From: Flavobacteriales bacterium
Lineage (GTDB): Bacteria; Bacteroidota; Bacteroidia; Flavobacteriales; TMED113
Direction: 5' to 3'
Length of the DNA: 64,000 nt
Assembly (NCBI GenBank): GCA_002718035.1
Contig: PBCX01000004.1
Coordinates: 49,441 to 113,440, forward strand
Part shown: positions 9,628 to 19,390 of the stretch, piece after piece
How the letters are laid out: each line of letters opens with the position of its first letter
Position numbering within the stretch: position 1 is the stretch's first letter
Notes under the pieces: generated by a model
The model's input: the letters and a program-made list of their open reading frames with translations, nothing else
The model's database searches: none
Told to the model about the DNA's origin: nothing
Translations under genes and position numbers: made by a program

Positions 9628-11218
9628 CGCCCATTAATTTTTTAATAATTGGAGAAATTAATAACGTAATAAGTGCAATTCCTATTGTAACAAATCCAAT
9701 TTTTGCAAACAAATCATTATATACCATAGCCTCTGCGACTCCTACGCCATCGGGGTCAACACCTGCAAAAAACATACTATTTAATTTTCCAAGTAAACCT
9801 TCATTACTTGTTGTTTGTCCGCTTGTTGTTAGTTTGGCTAATATCCCTGCTATATAGTGAGCTACTGTTGAAGATAGAAACCATAAACCCATAAAAAAAG
9901 CTACTGATTTTTTTGGACTTAGTTGCGTTACTTTAGATAAGCCTATTGGAGATAAACATAGTTCTCCTGTTGTAATTAATAACCATCCGATTATTAGCGT
10001 CCCAAATGGAAGTTTGCCAGCGTCACTTATAAAATGAATGCTATACGCAAAAGCTAAAAACCCTAAACCTAAGAATGCTAAACCTAAAGCAAACTTTTTA
10101 GGAGTATTTGGATTTCTTCCCCATAAATCAAGTTTTTGCCAAAGTATTGCAAATGGGAAGGCAGCTAAAATTATAATTGCTGGGTTAATTCCATTTGTTT
10201 GAGTTGCAGTTAGTAGAGTTAAATTAATACACTTATCAGCCCACACGGTTATTGAACTTCCTGCTTGTTCAAAACAAGCCCAAAAAATAGCACAAAGAAC
10301 AGCTAAAATTAATATGGCGCCAATTTTATTTCCAGCTTCAGGTTTTCCTTGTTTGTAACTTTCAATTATTAAGTATGCTGCATAACCAATGGAAATTAAA
10401 AGTAAAGCATTAATGATCATGCCTAAAAAAGTATTACCAGTAGCTTCTAAAACAATTAAATACGCAAAAATAGGAACGATTAGGAACCCAAATATCCATA
10501 CTAACTTCTCTATATTTAAGTTGAAAAATTTCTTTTCAACATATTCAGCTGGTTGAAGGCCCTTATCACCAAAAACACCTTTTTTTAGGCCATCCCAAAA
10601 TACAATAACACCCGCTAACATTCCTAGACCTGCTAAGCTAAATCCATAGTGCCATCCCCACATTTCCCCAATATATCCACAAATAAATGGTGCTGCTGCA
10701 GCTCCTAAATTAATACCCATATAAAATATAGTAAAACCGGAGTCACGTTTAATATCCCCTTCTTTATATAAAGCACCAACCAATGATGAAATATTGGGTT
10801 TAAAAAAACCATTTCCAGCAATTAACAGACCTAATGCTCCATAAAAAAATATATCAGTTGGAAATGCCATGAAAAAATGACCTAATGCCATCAAAACTCC
10901 ACCCAGCATAATTGCTTTTCTATAACCTATAAACCTATCAGCAATAAACCCACCTAATAAAGGTGTAGCATATACAAGTGCCCCATAAGCAGCGTAAATA
11001 CCATATGCAATTTCTTCATTATTTTCAACGCTTTCCATGTAGTCTTTGATAATATAAAGAACTAGTAAAGCTCTCATTCCATAAAAACTAAAGCGCTCCC
11101 ACATTTCAGCAAAGAATAGATAAAACAGAGCTTTTGGATGCCCATCTTTTTTAATAAACCATTTTGCAACTAGTACTGCAACGACAGTAATAGTTGTCCA
11201 AAGAATAAGTTGTCCCAT
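9617..11218 (-). CDS. proton-dependent oligopeptide transporter (POT/PTR2 family, MFS)
   Basis: 533 aa. The PTR2 signature region FAEMWERFSFYGMRALLVLY and the FYMGINLGA motif are present. Confidence 0.9.
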   Translation of the reverse strand: MGQLILWTTITVVAVLVAKWFIKKDGHPKALFYLFFAEMWERFSFYGMRALLVLYIIKDYMESVENNEEIAYGIYAAYGALVYATPLLGGFIADRFIGYRKAIMLGGVLMALGHFFMAFPTDIFFYGALGLLIAGNGFFKPNISSLVGALYKEGDIKRDSGFTIFYMGINLGAAAAPFICGYIGEMWGWHYGFSLAGLGMLAGVIVFWDGLKKGVFGDKGLQPAEYVEKKFFNLNIEKLVWIFGFLIVPIFAYLIVLEATGNTFLGMIINALLLISIGYAAYLIIESYKQGKPEAGNKIGAILILAVLCAIFWACFEQAGSSITVWADKCINLTLLTATQTNGINPAIIILAAFPFAILWQKLDLWGRNPNTPKKFALGLAFLGLGFLAFAYSIHFISDAGKLPFGTLIIGWLLITTGELCLSPIGLSKVTQLSPKKSVAFFMGLWFLSSTVAHYIAGILAKLTTSGQTTSNEGLLGKLNSMFFAGVDPDGVGVAEAMVYNDLFAKIGFVTIGIALITLLISPIIKKLMGDVH

Positions 11219-11250
11219 ATTTTTCAGTTATTTGTATTCGTAGTTCAAAT

Positions 11251-13413
11251 CTAAAGATTTTTAATTATAAAATCGGTAATCTTTGTCATTAAATGTAATC
11301 TTGTATTTCCACCATAGATACCATGATTTTTGTCTGGATAAATAAAAAGATCAAATTGTTTATTTTCGTTCACTAACGCAGATATCATCTCCATGGTGTT
11401 TTGATAATGAACATTGTCGTCAGCAGATCCATGAACAAGTAGGTAATTTCCTTTTAGTTTATTAACAAAATTGATAGGAGAGTTCAAGTCATATCCTTCT
11501 GGATTTTCTTGAGGGGTTCTCATATATCTTTCTGTATAAATTGAGTCATAAAATCTCCAGTTAGTTACAGGGGCTACAGCTATTGCAAACTTAAAAATAT
11601 CATGCCCTTTAAATAAACAAAGAGACGACATATATCCACCGTAGCTCCACCCCCAAATGCCAATTTTGTTTTTATCTACATAATTAAGAGTTGATAAATA
11701 TTTATTTGCGGCTATTTGATCTTCGGTTTCTAATTTCCCTAATTCTCGGTAAGTACATTTTTTAAATTTAGAACCTCTTCCCCCTGTACCTCTATTGTCA
11801 ACACAAACAACAATAATATCTTTTTGTGTTAAATATTGATACCACATATAATTATTTCCTCCCCATCTATCTAAAACTTGTTGATTTCCAGGCCCCCCAT
11901 AGACATACATTAACACAGGGTATTTTTTATTAGGATCGAAATCTTTAGGCTTAATCATCCATCCATTTAACTTTACGTTATAGTTAGTTTCAAATGAAAA
12001 AAATTCTTTATTTGATAAATTATATTCAGAAAGAATAGAATTTAATTTTTTAGAATCTTTTAATACTCTTATGAGCTTCCCTCTTTTATCATTTAATGTT
12101 ATATAATTTGGTGTGTTGGCACTGGAATTTGTGTTAATAAAATATTCAAGTTTTTTACTAAAAACAGCGTTATTTATTCCATCTTTTTTTGATAAAATAG
12201 TTTTTTTATCTCCGTTAATTTTGATAGAATAAATATGTTTTTGTATTGGTGACTTTTCATTAGATTGGAAGTAGATTAAGTTTTTTTTATCATTATAACC
12301 GTAGAAATTTGTTATTTCAAAATCTCCTTTGGTAATTTGCTTCATTTCTTTTGTGTTGTAATAAAATTGGTATATGTGATTGAATCCGTCTTTTTCACTT
12401 GTCCAAATAAAGCCATCGTCCAAAAAAGTAATATTATCGTGGATATCAATATAAGCTTGATCTTTTTCTTCGTATACTATTTCAGTTTTACCAGTTTTTG
12501 GATTTGTTAAAATTAATTTCAAGTGATTCTGATGTCTATTTAGTTTAAAAAAGCATAATTTTTCTGAATTTTTTGTCCAATATATCCTTGGAGTGTATTC
12601 AAACTTATTTAATCCTTCATTAATTTTTTTAGTGGTTTCGGAATTAGTATCAAAAACAAAAATTGATACTTTAGAATTTTTTTCACCTGCTTTAGGGTAC
12701 TTAAATTTTTCTTGTGACGGATATAAGTCTTGTTTAAATATATCCATGGAAAATTCTTTGACATCTGACTCATCAAATCTTAAGAAAGCAATGTACTTAC
12801 TATTAGAAGACCATTCGTACCCTTTTACTAAGGCAAATTCTTCTTCATAAACCCAGTCTGTTGCTCCGTAAATAATTTTATTTTTCATACCATCATTTGT
12901 ACATGCTATTGTTTTTTTTGTAATGAGGTCATAAATGTAAATGTTATTATTGTAAACATAACTAATCATTTTTCCATTTGGAGAAAACTCTGGTAAGCTA
13001 ATTTTTTTATCAAAAACTTTTACTAATTTTTTATTATTCAAGTCATATGCATAAACAAAGCTTTTTTCAGAGTATCTGTAAATTGGTTCACTTTTGACTT
13101 TTAAAAGAATTTTATCCTCGCTAGAATTAAATTTATAATCATCAAAAATTATACTATCGATTTCAGTTGAGCTTAAAATAGTTTTTATTCTTTTTCCTGT
13201 TTTGTAACTGTAAAGATCAATATTTACTAAATTATTTTGATATTCAATTATTGAGTATTCTTTACCATTATTCATAGAATTTAACCCCCAAACCCAATCT
13301 TGATTAAATGTTCTATTTAGGTATATATCTTCAAGATTAAGTTCTTTATTTATTTGTGAGTTTGATAATAAACTAAAAAGAAAAATAAATAAATAATATG
13401 TATAGCTTTTCAT
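11251..13413 (-). CDS. dipeptidyl-peptidase IV (S9B serine peptidase)
   Basis: 720 aa with a signal peptide. It has a beta-propeller N-terminal region and a C-terminal alpha/beta hydrolase domain with GWSYGGYM (nucleophile Ser), GSADDNVH and a terminal His region. Confidence 0.9.
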   Translation of the reverse strand: MKSYTYYLFIFLFSLLSNSQINKELNLEDIYLNRTFNQDWVWGLNSMNNGKEYSIIEYQNNLVNIDLYSYKTGKRIKTILSSTEIDSIIFDDYKFNSSEDKILLKVKSEPIYRYSEKSFVYAYDLNNKKLVKVFDKKISLPEFSPNGKMISYVYNNNIYIYDLITKKTIACTNDGMKNKIIYGATDWVYEEEFALVKGYEWSSNSKYIAFLRFDESDVKEFSMDIFKQDLYPSQEKFKYPKAGEKNSKVSIFVFDTNSETTKKINEGLNKFEYTPRIYWTKNSEKLCFFKLNRHQNHLKLILTNPKTGKTEIVYEEKDQAYIDIHDNITFLDDGFIWTSEKDGFNHIYQFYYNTKEMKQITKGDFEITNFYGYNDKKNLIYFQSNEKSPIQKHIYSIKINGDKKTILSKKDGINNAVFSKKLEYFINTNSSANTPNYITLNDKRGKLIRVLKDSKKLNSILSEYNLSNKEFFSFETNYNVKLNGWMIKPKDFDPNKKYPVLMYVYGGPGNQQVLDRWGGNNYMWYQYLTQKDIIVVCVDNRGTGGRGSKFKKCTYRELGKLETEDQIAANKYLSTLNYVDKNKIGIWGWSYGGYMSSLCLFKGHDIFKFAIAVAPVTNWRFYDSIYTERYMRTPQENPEGYDLNSPINFVNKLKGNYLLVHGSADDNVHYQNTMEMISALVNENKQFDLFIYPDKNHGIYGGNTRLHLMTKITDFIIKNL

Positions 13414-13470
13414 AGTATGATGATTTTTAGATTTACAAAATTAATTAAATTTGAATAACATTTTTAAATC

Positions 13471-14871
13471 ATGAGTTATTCTAAATTAAGTCAAAATTAT
13501 ATAAGTTTTTTTATAAATATTTTAGGTAATGAAAATGTAATTTATAACCAAGATATTAAAAAGTATTCTAGTGACCATACTGAGGATTTAGTGTATTCAC
13601 CAGAAATAGTTTTATTTCCAAGAACTACTAAGCAAGTATCGGAAATTGTAAGTTATTGTAACAAAAATTTGATACCAATTACTCCATCTGCTGCATTAAC
13701 TGGTTTAAGTGGTGGCGCTCTACCTGTTTTTGGAGGAGTGAGTCTTTCTACAAAAAAAATGAACAAATTGTTAGAGATAAACACCAAAAATTTTCAAGCA
13801 ACAGTAGAACCCGGCTTAATAAATGAAGACTTTCAAAATGAATTGGAAGGATATGATTTATTCTATCCACCAGACCCAGCAAGTAAAGGAAGTTGTACTA
13901 TTGGTGGAAATATAGCATTAAATGCTGGTGGGCCTAGAGCCGTAAAGTACGGAGTTACATCAAATTATATTTTAAATTTAGAAGTTGTATTGCCTAATGG
14001 AAATATAATTTGGACTGGTGCTAATACTCTAAAAAATGCTACTGGGTATAACTTAACACAACTTATTACTGGTAGTGAAGGCACATTAGCTGTAATTACT
14101 AAAGCAGTTATTAGATTGTTACCCTTACCAAAGTTTAATGTATTAATGTTAGTTCCATTTATTAAAATTAATGATGCTTGTAAAGTTGTTTCGGAAATTT
14201 TTTTTAAAGGTATAGTGCCATCATGTTTAGAGCTTATGGAAAAGGAGGGATTAGATCTTATTAAAAAAAATAATATTTGTGAGGTTCCTTTTGATATTAA
14301 TGAAGAGGCTTACTTGTTGATTGAATTAGATGGAAATAATAATGATCAGTTAATTAAAAACGCTGAAAATTTAAATGAAATTTTTGATAATTATAATTGC
14401 GGAAAAGTTTTATTTGCAGAGAGTAGTGGTGAAAAAAATAAGTTATGGAAGGTTAGAAGAAATATAGCTATTGCAGTGAAATCTTTTTCTGTATACAAGG
14501 AGGAGGACACTGTGGTCCCAAGAGACAAGTTGCCTCAACTTATGTCAGGTGTTAAAAGTATAGGTAAGAAATATAATTTCAAGTCTATTTGTTATGGTCA
14601 TGTAGGTGATGGTAATTTACATGTAAATATTTTAAAAGAAAATTTATCGGAATTTGATTGGAATGTTGTTTTAAAGAAATCTATTAGAGAAATATTTGAA
14701 CTTTGTGTTCAACTTGGGGGAACAATCTCCGGAGAACATGGTATAGGTCTGGTTCAAAAAGAATTTATTGATATACCATTTCCAAAAGAAATGATAAATC
14801 TTCAAAAAAAAATAAAAAAAATTTTTGACCCAAATAACATTATGAATCCCGGAAAAATATTTCCAGATTAA
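13471..14871 (+). CDS. FAD-linked oxidase (GlcD / D-lactate dehydrogenase-like)
   Basis: 466 aa with FAD_binding_4-type N-terminal and FAD-oxidase C-terminal patterns (GHVGDGNLHVNI, GGTISGEHGIG, DPNNIMNPGK). Confidence 0.85.
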   Translation: MSYSKLSQNYISFFINILGNENVIYNQDIKKYSSDHTEDLVYSPEIVLFPRTTKQVSEIVSYCNKNLIPITPSAALTGLSGGALPVFGGVSLSTKKMNKLLEINTKNFQATVEPGLINEDFQNELEGYDLFYPPDPASKGSCTIGGNIALNAGGPRAVKYGVTSNYILNLEVVLPNGNIIWTGANTLKNATGYNLTQLITGSEGTLAVITKAVIRLLPLPKFNVLMLVPFIKINDACKVVSEIFFKGIVPSCLELMEKEGLDLIKKNNICEVPFDINEEAYLLIELDGNNNDQLIKNAENLNEIFDNYNCGKVLFAESSGEKNKLWKVRRNIAIAVKSFSVYKEEDTVVPRDKLPQLMSGVKSIGKKYNFKSICYGHVGDGNLHVNILKENLSEFDWNVVLKKSIREIFELCVQLGGTISGEHGIGLVQKEFIDIPFPKEMINLQKKIKKIFDPNNIMNPGKIFPD

Positions 14872-15690
14872 TTATTTTTTTGTTGCAAAGACATTTACTA
14901 ATTTTGTTTTTTTCAGAGATTTTTCTTTTTCTAGAATAATTTTAAATCCATTACTTTCAAGTAATTTGCAAATTTTTTCTAAGCGATTATTTATATTATG
15001 AACTTCAATAACGCATGATAAAATCTTTTCCCAATCATTGTTTTTTATGCCTTGTAAAACTTTCCATTCGAGTCCTTCACAGTCAATTTTCAAAAAGTGA
15101 ATTTTAGAAATTTTTTCATTTGCTATAAAATTTGAAAGTGTGATAATTTCACATATAAATTTTTTTTTGTTAATAGTTAAATATTTTGCAAATAATGGAG
15201 CTAAAAATGATGGAATAAATTTTGCCCACCAAAATTTTTTTGGTGCATTTTTTAAACTGCCTTTTACTGCATCGATTAACATTTTAGGATCTTTTTCCCA
15301 CGCATCCGGGTTTGCAGTAGATAATGCTGGACTGTTGGGAAAATATGTAAATTCTTTTTTTTCTTTTTTATCACCTAATCCATTTTCAAAAACTTTAAAA
15401 TCAGGATTATTTGTTAGTTTACAGTTTTTTTTAAGAACTGAAAAAATATTTGGAATAGGTTCAAAAGAATAAATTTTAATTTTATTGAATTTTTCGGATA
15501 GACGAACCCCTAAAACTCCAATATTTGCTCCAACATCAACAACAACATCACCTTCATTTATTTTTATGCCATTATTAAAATAACCGTCAATATGATCGTC
15601 TAACATTATTGCTTCAGATGGAACTAAACAATATATTGGGCAATCTTTAGTTAAGAGAATTTTTTTCATAATTTTAACTAATATATTCAT
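14872..15690 (-). CDS. FkbM-family SAM-dependent methyltransferase
   Basis: 272 aa. It has the SAM motif I VVDVGANIGV and the FkbM-like segment LKIDCEGLEWKVLQG. An alternative start is at 15669 (MKKILL). Confidence 0.8.
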   Translation of the reverse strand: MNILVKIMKKILLTKDCPIYCLVPSEAIMLDDHIDGYFNNGIKINEGDVVVDVGANIGVLGVRLSEKFNKIKIYSFEPIPNIFSVLKKNCKLTNNPDFKVFENGLGDKKEKKEFTYFPNSPALSTANPDAWEKDPKMLIDAVKGSLKNAPKKFWWAKFIPSFLAPLFAKYLTINKKKFICEIITLSNFIANEKISKIHFLKIDCEGLEWKVLQGIKNNDWEKILSCVIEVHNINNRLEKICKLLESNGFKIILEKEKSLKKTKLVNVFATKK

Positions 15691-15693
15691 TTA

Positions 15694-16392
15694 ATGGAAA
15701 AAACACATATTATTTTATATACTGTCTCTATAATTGTAGTATGTAATTTTTTTGGTTTTTTATTGTCTTTAGCTTCAGTTCATTTAAGATTCCTTGATAA
15801 ATACAAAATTCAAAAAAGAAAAATTAAACCTTCAACTTTTTATAAAAGGCTACCATTGATAATCTTAAATATCTTTTTATTAATTATTATTTCTTGTTTT
15901 GGTTTGTATTTTTTTCTTGACTTAATAAATTATCAGTTAAATTTAAATCCTATTTATATTCTATTACAAACATTTATAATCTTCGTTGTAGATGATGTTT
16001 ATTTTTACTTTTTGCATTCATTTATGCATAAAAATAAATATGTACTTAAAAAAATTCATAATATCCATCACAGGGCCATTTCACCTGTTGCTTTAGAATA
16101 TATGTATGTTCATCCACTAGAATGGTTAAGTGGTTATGCAGGTCCTTTTTTAGGCATGCTTGTATTAAGTTTCTTCGGCTCAGTTAATATTTTTTCTTTT
16201 TGGTTATATCAAATAATAAGAAATATACATGAATTAGATGTTCATTCAGGATTTAAGTCTTATATATCTAAGTTGATTCCCTTTTGGGGCGAGTCTGAAC
16301 ATCATGATAAACACCATCAATATTTAAATGGAAACTATGCAACTACATTTACTTTCTGGGATGATTTTTTTAAAACAAAAATTAATAAATGA
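15694..16392 (+). CDS. fatty acid hydroxylase / sterol desaturase superfamily membrane protein
   Basis: 232 aa with about 4 TM segments. Three His boxes are present: HSFMH, HNIHH and HHDKHH. Confidence 0.8.
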   Translation: MEKTHIILYTVSIIVVCNFFGFLLSLASVHLRFLDKYKIQKRKIKPSTFYKRLPLIILNIFLLIIISCFGLYFFLDLINYQLNLNPIYILLQTFIIFVVDDVYFYFLHSFMHKNKYVLKKIHNIHHRAISPVALEYMYVHPLEWLSGYAGPFLGMLVLSFFGSVNIFSFWLYQIIRNIHELDVHSGFKSYISKLIPFWGESEHHDKHHQYLNGNYATTFTFWDDFFKTKINK

Positions 16393-17156
16393 AAAAAAAA
16401 CATACAATTTTACTTGTTAATGATGATGGTATATTTTCTCCTGGGTTGAGATTTTTAATTAAAATTTGTAAAAAAATTGGAAAAGTTTTAGTTGTAGCCC
16501 CAGAGCAAAATCAATCAGGTATGTCTCACGCAATAACTGTTGATAAAGAAATAAAAATTAATAAACTTGAGTCATCAAAGGATTATGAAGAATATTCATG
16601 TTCAGGTACTCCAGTTGATTGTGTTAAGATAGCCACAAAAAAAATACTTAAAAAAAAACCAGATTTATGTATTTCAGGTATAAATCATGGTGCAAATTAT
16701 TCTATAAGCACCCTATATTCAGCAACTTTACATGCTGCTGTAGAAGGGACAATTGAAGGAATTCCATCAATAGCAATATCCCATTTAGATTATTCTTCTA
16801 AAATTGATTTTTCATCCTATGATAATTTTTTAGAAAACTTAATAAGAAAAATATTAAGTAGTCATCTTATTAAAGGTGTTACGTTAAATATTAATATACC
16901 TAGCATTACTTGTAAAGATTTAAGAGGAATTAAAGTATGTAGGCAGGGAAAAGGCAAATGGATTGAAAAAATAAATTCAAAAAAAAATAAATTTATAATA
17001 ACAGGTCACTTTGAAAGTCAGGATAAAAGTAAAGATACAGACATATGGGCCTTAGATAATTCTTTTGTCTCTGTTGTGCCAATACAAATTGATATGACAG
17101 ATTATGACTATATTGATAATTATAATGATTTAGATGATGTCTTTCAAATTAGATAA
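16389..17156 (+). CDS. surE: 5'/3'-nucleotidase SurE
   Basis: 255 aa. The N-terminus LLVNDDGIFSPGL and the motif SGINHGAN are present. Confidence 0.92.
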   Translation: MKKKHTILLVNDDGIFSPGLRFLIKICKKIGKVLVVAPEQNQSGMSHAITVDKEIKINKLESSKDYEEYSCSGTPVDCVKIATKKILKKKPDLCISGINHGANYSISTLYSATLHAAVEGTIEGIPSIAISHLDYSSKIDFSSYDNFLENLIRKILSSHLIKGVTLNINIPSITCKDLRGIKVCRQGKGKWIEKINSKKNKFIITGHFESQDKSKDTDIWALDNSFVSVVPIQIDMTDYDYIDNYNDLDDVFQIR

Positions 17157-17397
17157 TTTTTTCTTCGGTACCTTTATTGGATTAATATTTCCAATTAGTT
17201 TGATTTTTTTTTTAACATTTTTAAAATCAGAATTGAATTTTTCATTTGATGATTCAACTATATATGTAATATCCTGTTTAATTAACTTGCCAATATTTAG
17301 ATATTTTATGGTTAACCTTGTGAAAGATAAATCTGGAAGAGGAATTCTTTTTTCAACATTTCTTTTTTTATTTTTTTACTTATATAAATACATGTAA
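17134..17397 (+). CDS. small membrane protein, function unknown
   Basis: 87-aa hydrophobic ORF that fills the gap between surE and lpxB. I recognise no family. Confidence 0.4.
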   Translation: MMSFKLDNFFFGTFIGLIFPISLIFFLTFLKSELNFSFDDSTIYVISCLINLPIFRYFMVNLVKDKSGRGILFSTFLFLFFYLYKYM

Positions 17398-18486
17398 ATG
17401 AAATATTATATTATTTCAGGTGAGAAATCGGGTGATTTATACGGTGGGTACTTAATGAAATCTTTAGCAAAGTATCACAATAAAAATGTAAATTTTATAT
17501 GTTGGGGAGGAGATTGTATGAGGAAAAATAATGGAGAAATGGTAAGAAGCTTAAAAAAATTATCATTTATGGGCTTCTGGGAAGTATTAAAAAATTTCAG
17601 AACAGTTATATATAATTTTCAGTTAATTAAACGTGAATTAAGAAATAAAAAACCTGATATTTTAATATTAATTGATTATCCTGGATTTAACTTAAAAGTT
17701 GCTCAATATGCAAAATCAAAAAATATTAAGGTTATTTGGTTTGTTGCTCCACAAGTTTGGGCATGGAATGAAAAAAGAGTTAGTAAATTAAAAAAATATG
17801 TTGATAGAATGTATGTTATTCTTCCTTTTGAAGAGGAGTATTTTAAGTCTAAAAATTTTAATGTTCAATTTTTTGGTCACCCTTTAACTCAGTTAATTGA
17901 AAAAAGAAAACTAAAAATAAGTAACTCAAAAAAAATCATTGCTTTGTTTCCAGGAAGTAGACCACAAGAAATTAAAAAAATACTACCTATTATGTTAAAC
18001 CTAATAAAATATTTTAATGATTATAGTTTTATTATAGGGGGTGTTAAAAACATAGATCTAAAATTGTATAAAAAAATTATTGGAAACTATAATGTCAAAT
18101 TAGTAATTGATCAAACTTACAAACTAATGAACTTGTCATCAGCTGTAGTTTTAACATCAGGAACCATAAGTTTAGAAGCAGCATTATTTGGTGTTCCGCA
18201 AGTTGTATGTTATAAAACTAGTTTCATTTCTTACTTAATTGCTAAAAAATTTGTTAAAACTAAATTTATTTCATTAGTCAATATTATTTCTAATAAAAAA
18301 GTAGTGGATGAATTAATTCAAGGTGATTTTAATTTAGAAAATTTAATAATTTCATTAGAAAAATCTCTTAATAAAAATTATATTAAAAAGCTTAATATAG
18401 ATTATAATAAAATTTCAAATTCTTTAAATAAGAAATTTTCTTTTGATAATATGGCAAAAGATATTATTAAATTTTACAATAATTAA
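17398..18486 (+). CDS. lpxB: lipid-A-disaccharide synthase
   Basis: 362 aa. Motifs IISGEKSGDLYG, DYPGFNL and PGSRPQEI are typical of LpxB. Confidence 0.9.
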   Translation: MKYYIISGEKSGDLYGGYLMKSLAKYHNKNVNFICWGGDCMRKNNGEMVRSLKKLSFMGFWEVLKNFRTVIYNFQLIKRELRNKKPDILILIDYPGFNLKVAQYAKSKNIKVIWFVAPQVWAWNEKRVSKLKKYVDRMYVILPFEEEYFKSKNFNVQFFGHPLTQLIEKRKLKISNSKKIIALFPGSRPQEIKKILPIMLNLIKYFNDYSFIIGGVKNIDLKLYKKIIGNYNVKLVIDQTYKLMNLSSAVVLTSGTISLEAALFGVPQVVCYKTSFISYLIAKKFVKTKFISLVNIISNKKVVDELIQGDFNLENLIISLEKSLNKNYIKKLNIDYNKISNSLNKKFSFDNMAKDIIKFYNN

Positions 18487-19385
18487 TTAATTTTTTCTAA
18501 CTGCATTTGAACATCAATTTCCACACTAATTTCAGTGTCCTCAAAACCAGGTATTGGCGGAGATACTACTACTGTGCCGTTCAAGAATAATGAATTATCA
18601 TCAATATTTATAATTTCATAATAATCTTGATTTCCTGTGTTTTGGTCAGTTAAAATGATATCCGTATCATTATTTTCTAATTCCCATGATCCTGAGCTTG
18701 TGGAATTAAATGGTATTGATGGTGTTTCAAATGTTAGTATCGTAAAAGGCTCTGTGTCAAAGTCAATTTCATTTGTATAAGTCATAGAGAGAGAATTGAA
18801 GTTTAAGAACCCAGCATTTTGAGCTTGTCCTGTTACTTGTTGAGTTCCTAGAGGAAAAGGGATGTCAATTAAATCTTCTAAGAATGATAAGTCAACATCA
18901 GTATCATAATTGAGAAGTGTTATGTTCCAATTTCCGTTAAGTATTGTTGAGACCGAATATTCGCATGAGCCATCATCATTAGTAGCTAACGGGTTATAAT
19001 TAGTTGCTTCTTCGTCTGTACATCCAAGTATAATACATGAACCATCATCAACAGTTGATTCCGGATTGTAATTTACTGCATCTGGATTTGTGCACCCATA
19101 ACATGATAAGTCTCCAACGCATGAGTTACATTCGTTAGGATATATACAAGATTTATTATTCACTATTTCAGCTGTGGAATCGTAGTTACATGCGGTTTCA
19201 TCGGCGCATCCCTCATATTCGCACGATCCATCATCTTCATTTGCATTTAGATCATAATTACTTGCTTCTTCGTCTGTACAACCAGCAATTTCATCGTTAT
19301 CATTATTTTGTACATCTTCTTTTTCACATGCATTAAATCCTAAAAGTAAAAAAGTAGCAAATATAATTTTATAATAAGTTTTCAT
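18483..19385 (-). CDS. lipoprotein with four tandem Cys-flanked C-[TA]-[DN]-x2-A-x-N-Y modules plus an uncharacterised C-terminal domain
   Basis: 300 aa. It has a signal peptide and lipobox (LLLGFNAC). Residues 35-143 contain the repeats GCTDEEASNYDLNANEDDGSCEY, GCADETACNYDSTAEIVNNKSCIY, GCTNPDAVNYNPESTVDDGSCII and GCTDEEATNYNPLATNDDGSCEY. Confidence 0.75.
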   Translation of the reverse strand: MKTYYKIIFATFLLLGFNACEKEDVQNNDNDEIAGCTDEEASNYDLNANEDDGSCEYEGCADETACNYDSTAEIVNNKSCIYPNECNSCVGDLSCYGCTNPDAVNYNPESTVDDGSCIILGCTDEEATNYNPLATNDDGSCEYSVSTILNGNWNITLLNYDTDVDLSFLEDLIDIPFPLGTQQVTGQAQNAGFLNFNSLSMTYTNEIDFDTEPFTILTFETPSIPFNSTSSGSWELENNDTDIILTDQNTGNQDYYEIINIDDNSLFLNGTVVVSPPIPGFEDTEISVEIDVQMQLEKIN

Positions 19386-19390
19386 ATTGA

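Noticed and set aside
15140-15472. A 110-aa ORF antisense to the FkbM methyltransferase gene. Similar antisense or alternate-frame ORFs lie at 547-735, 1031-1297, 3583-3777, 6425-6631, 6596-6871, 12593-12850, 20212-20412, 21721-21924, 23865-24125, 26072-26269, 27362-27547, 27986-28225, 31388-31582, 35876-36058, 36819-37001, 37722-37910, 38541-38753, 39228-39608, 40418-40642, 44010-44207, 46698-46883, 57416-57631, 60094-60357 and 63733-63927.
   Set aside because: Each lies entirely inside a longer ORF that has clear family-level motifs. Their translations are low-complexity (F, L, I, K and S rich), as expected from the reverse or shifted frames of AT-rich coding DNA. None has a recognisable motif.
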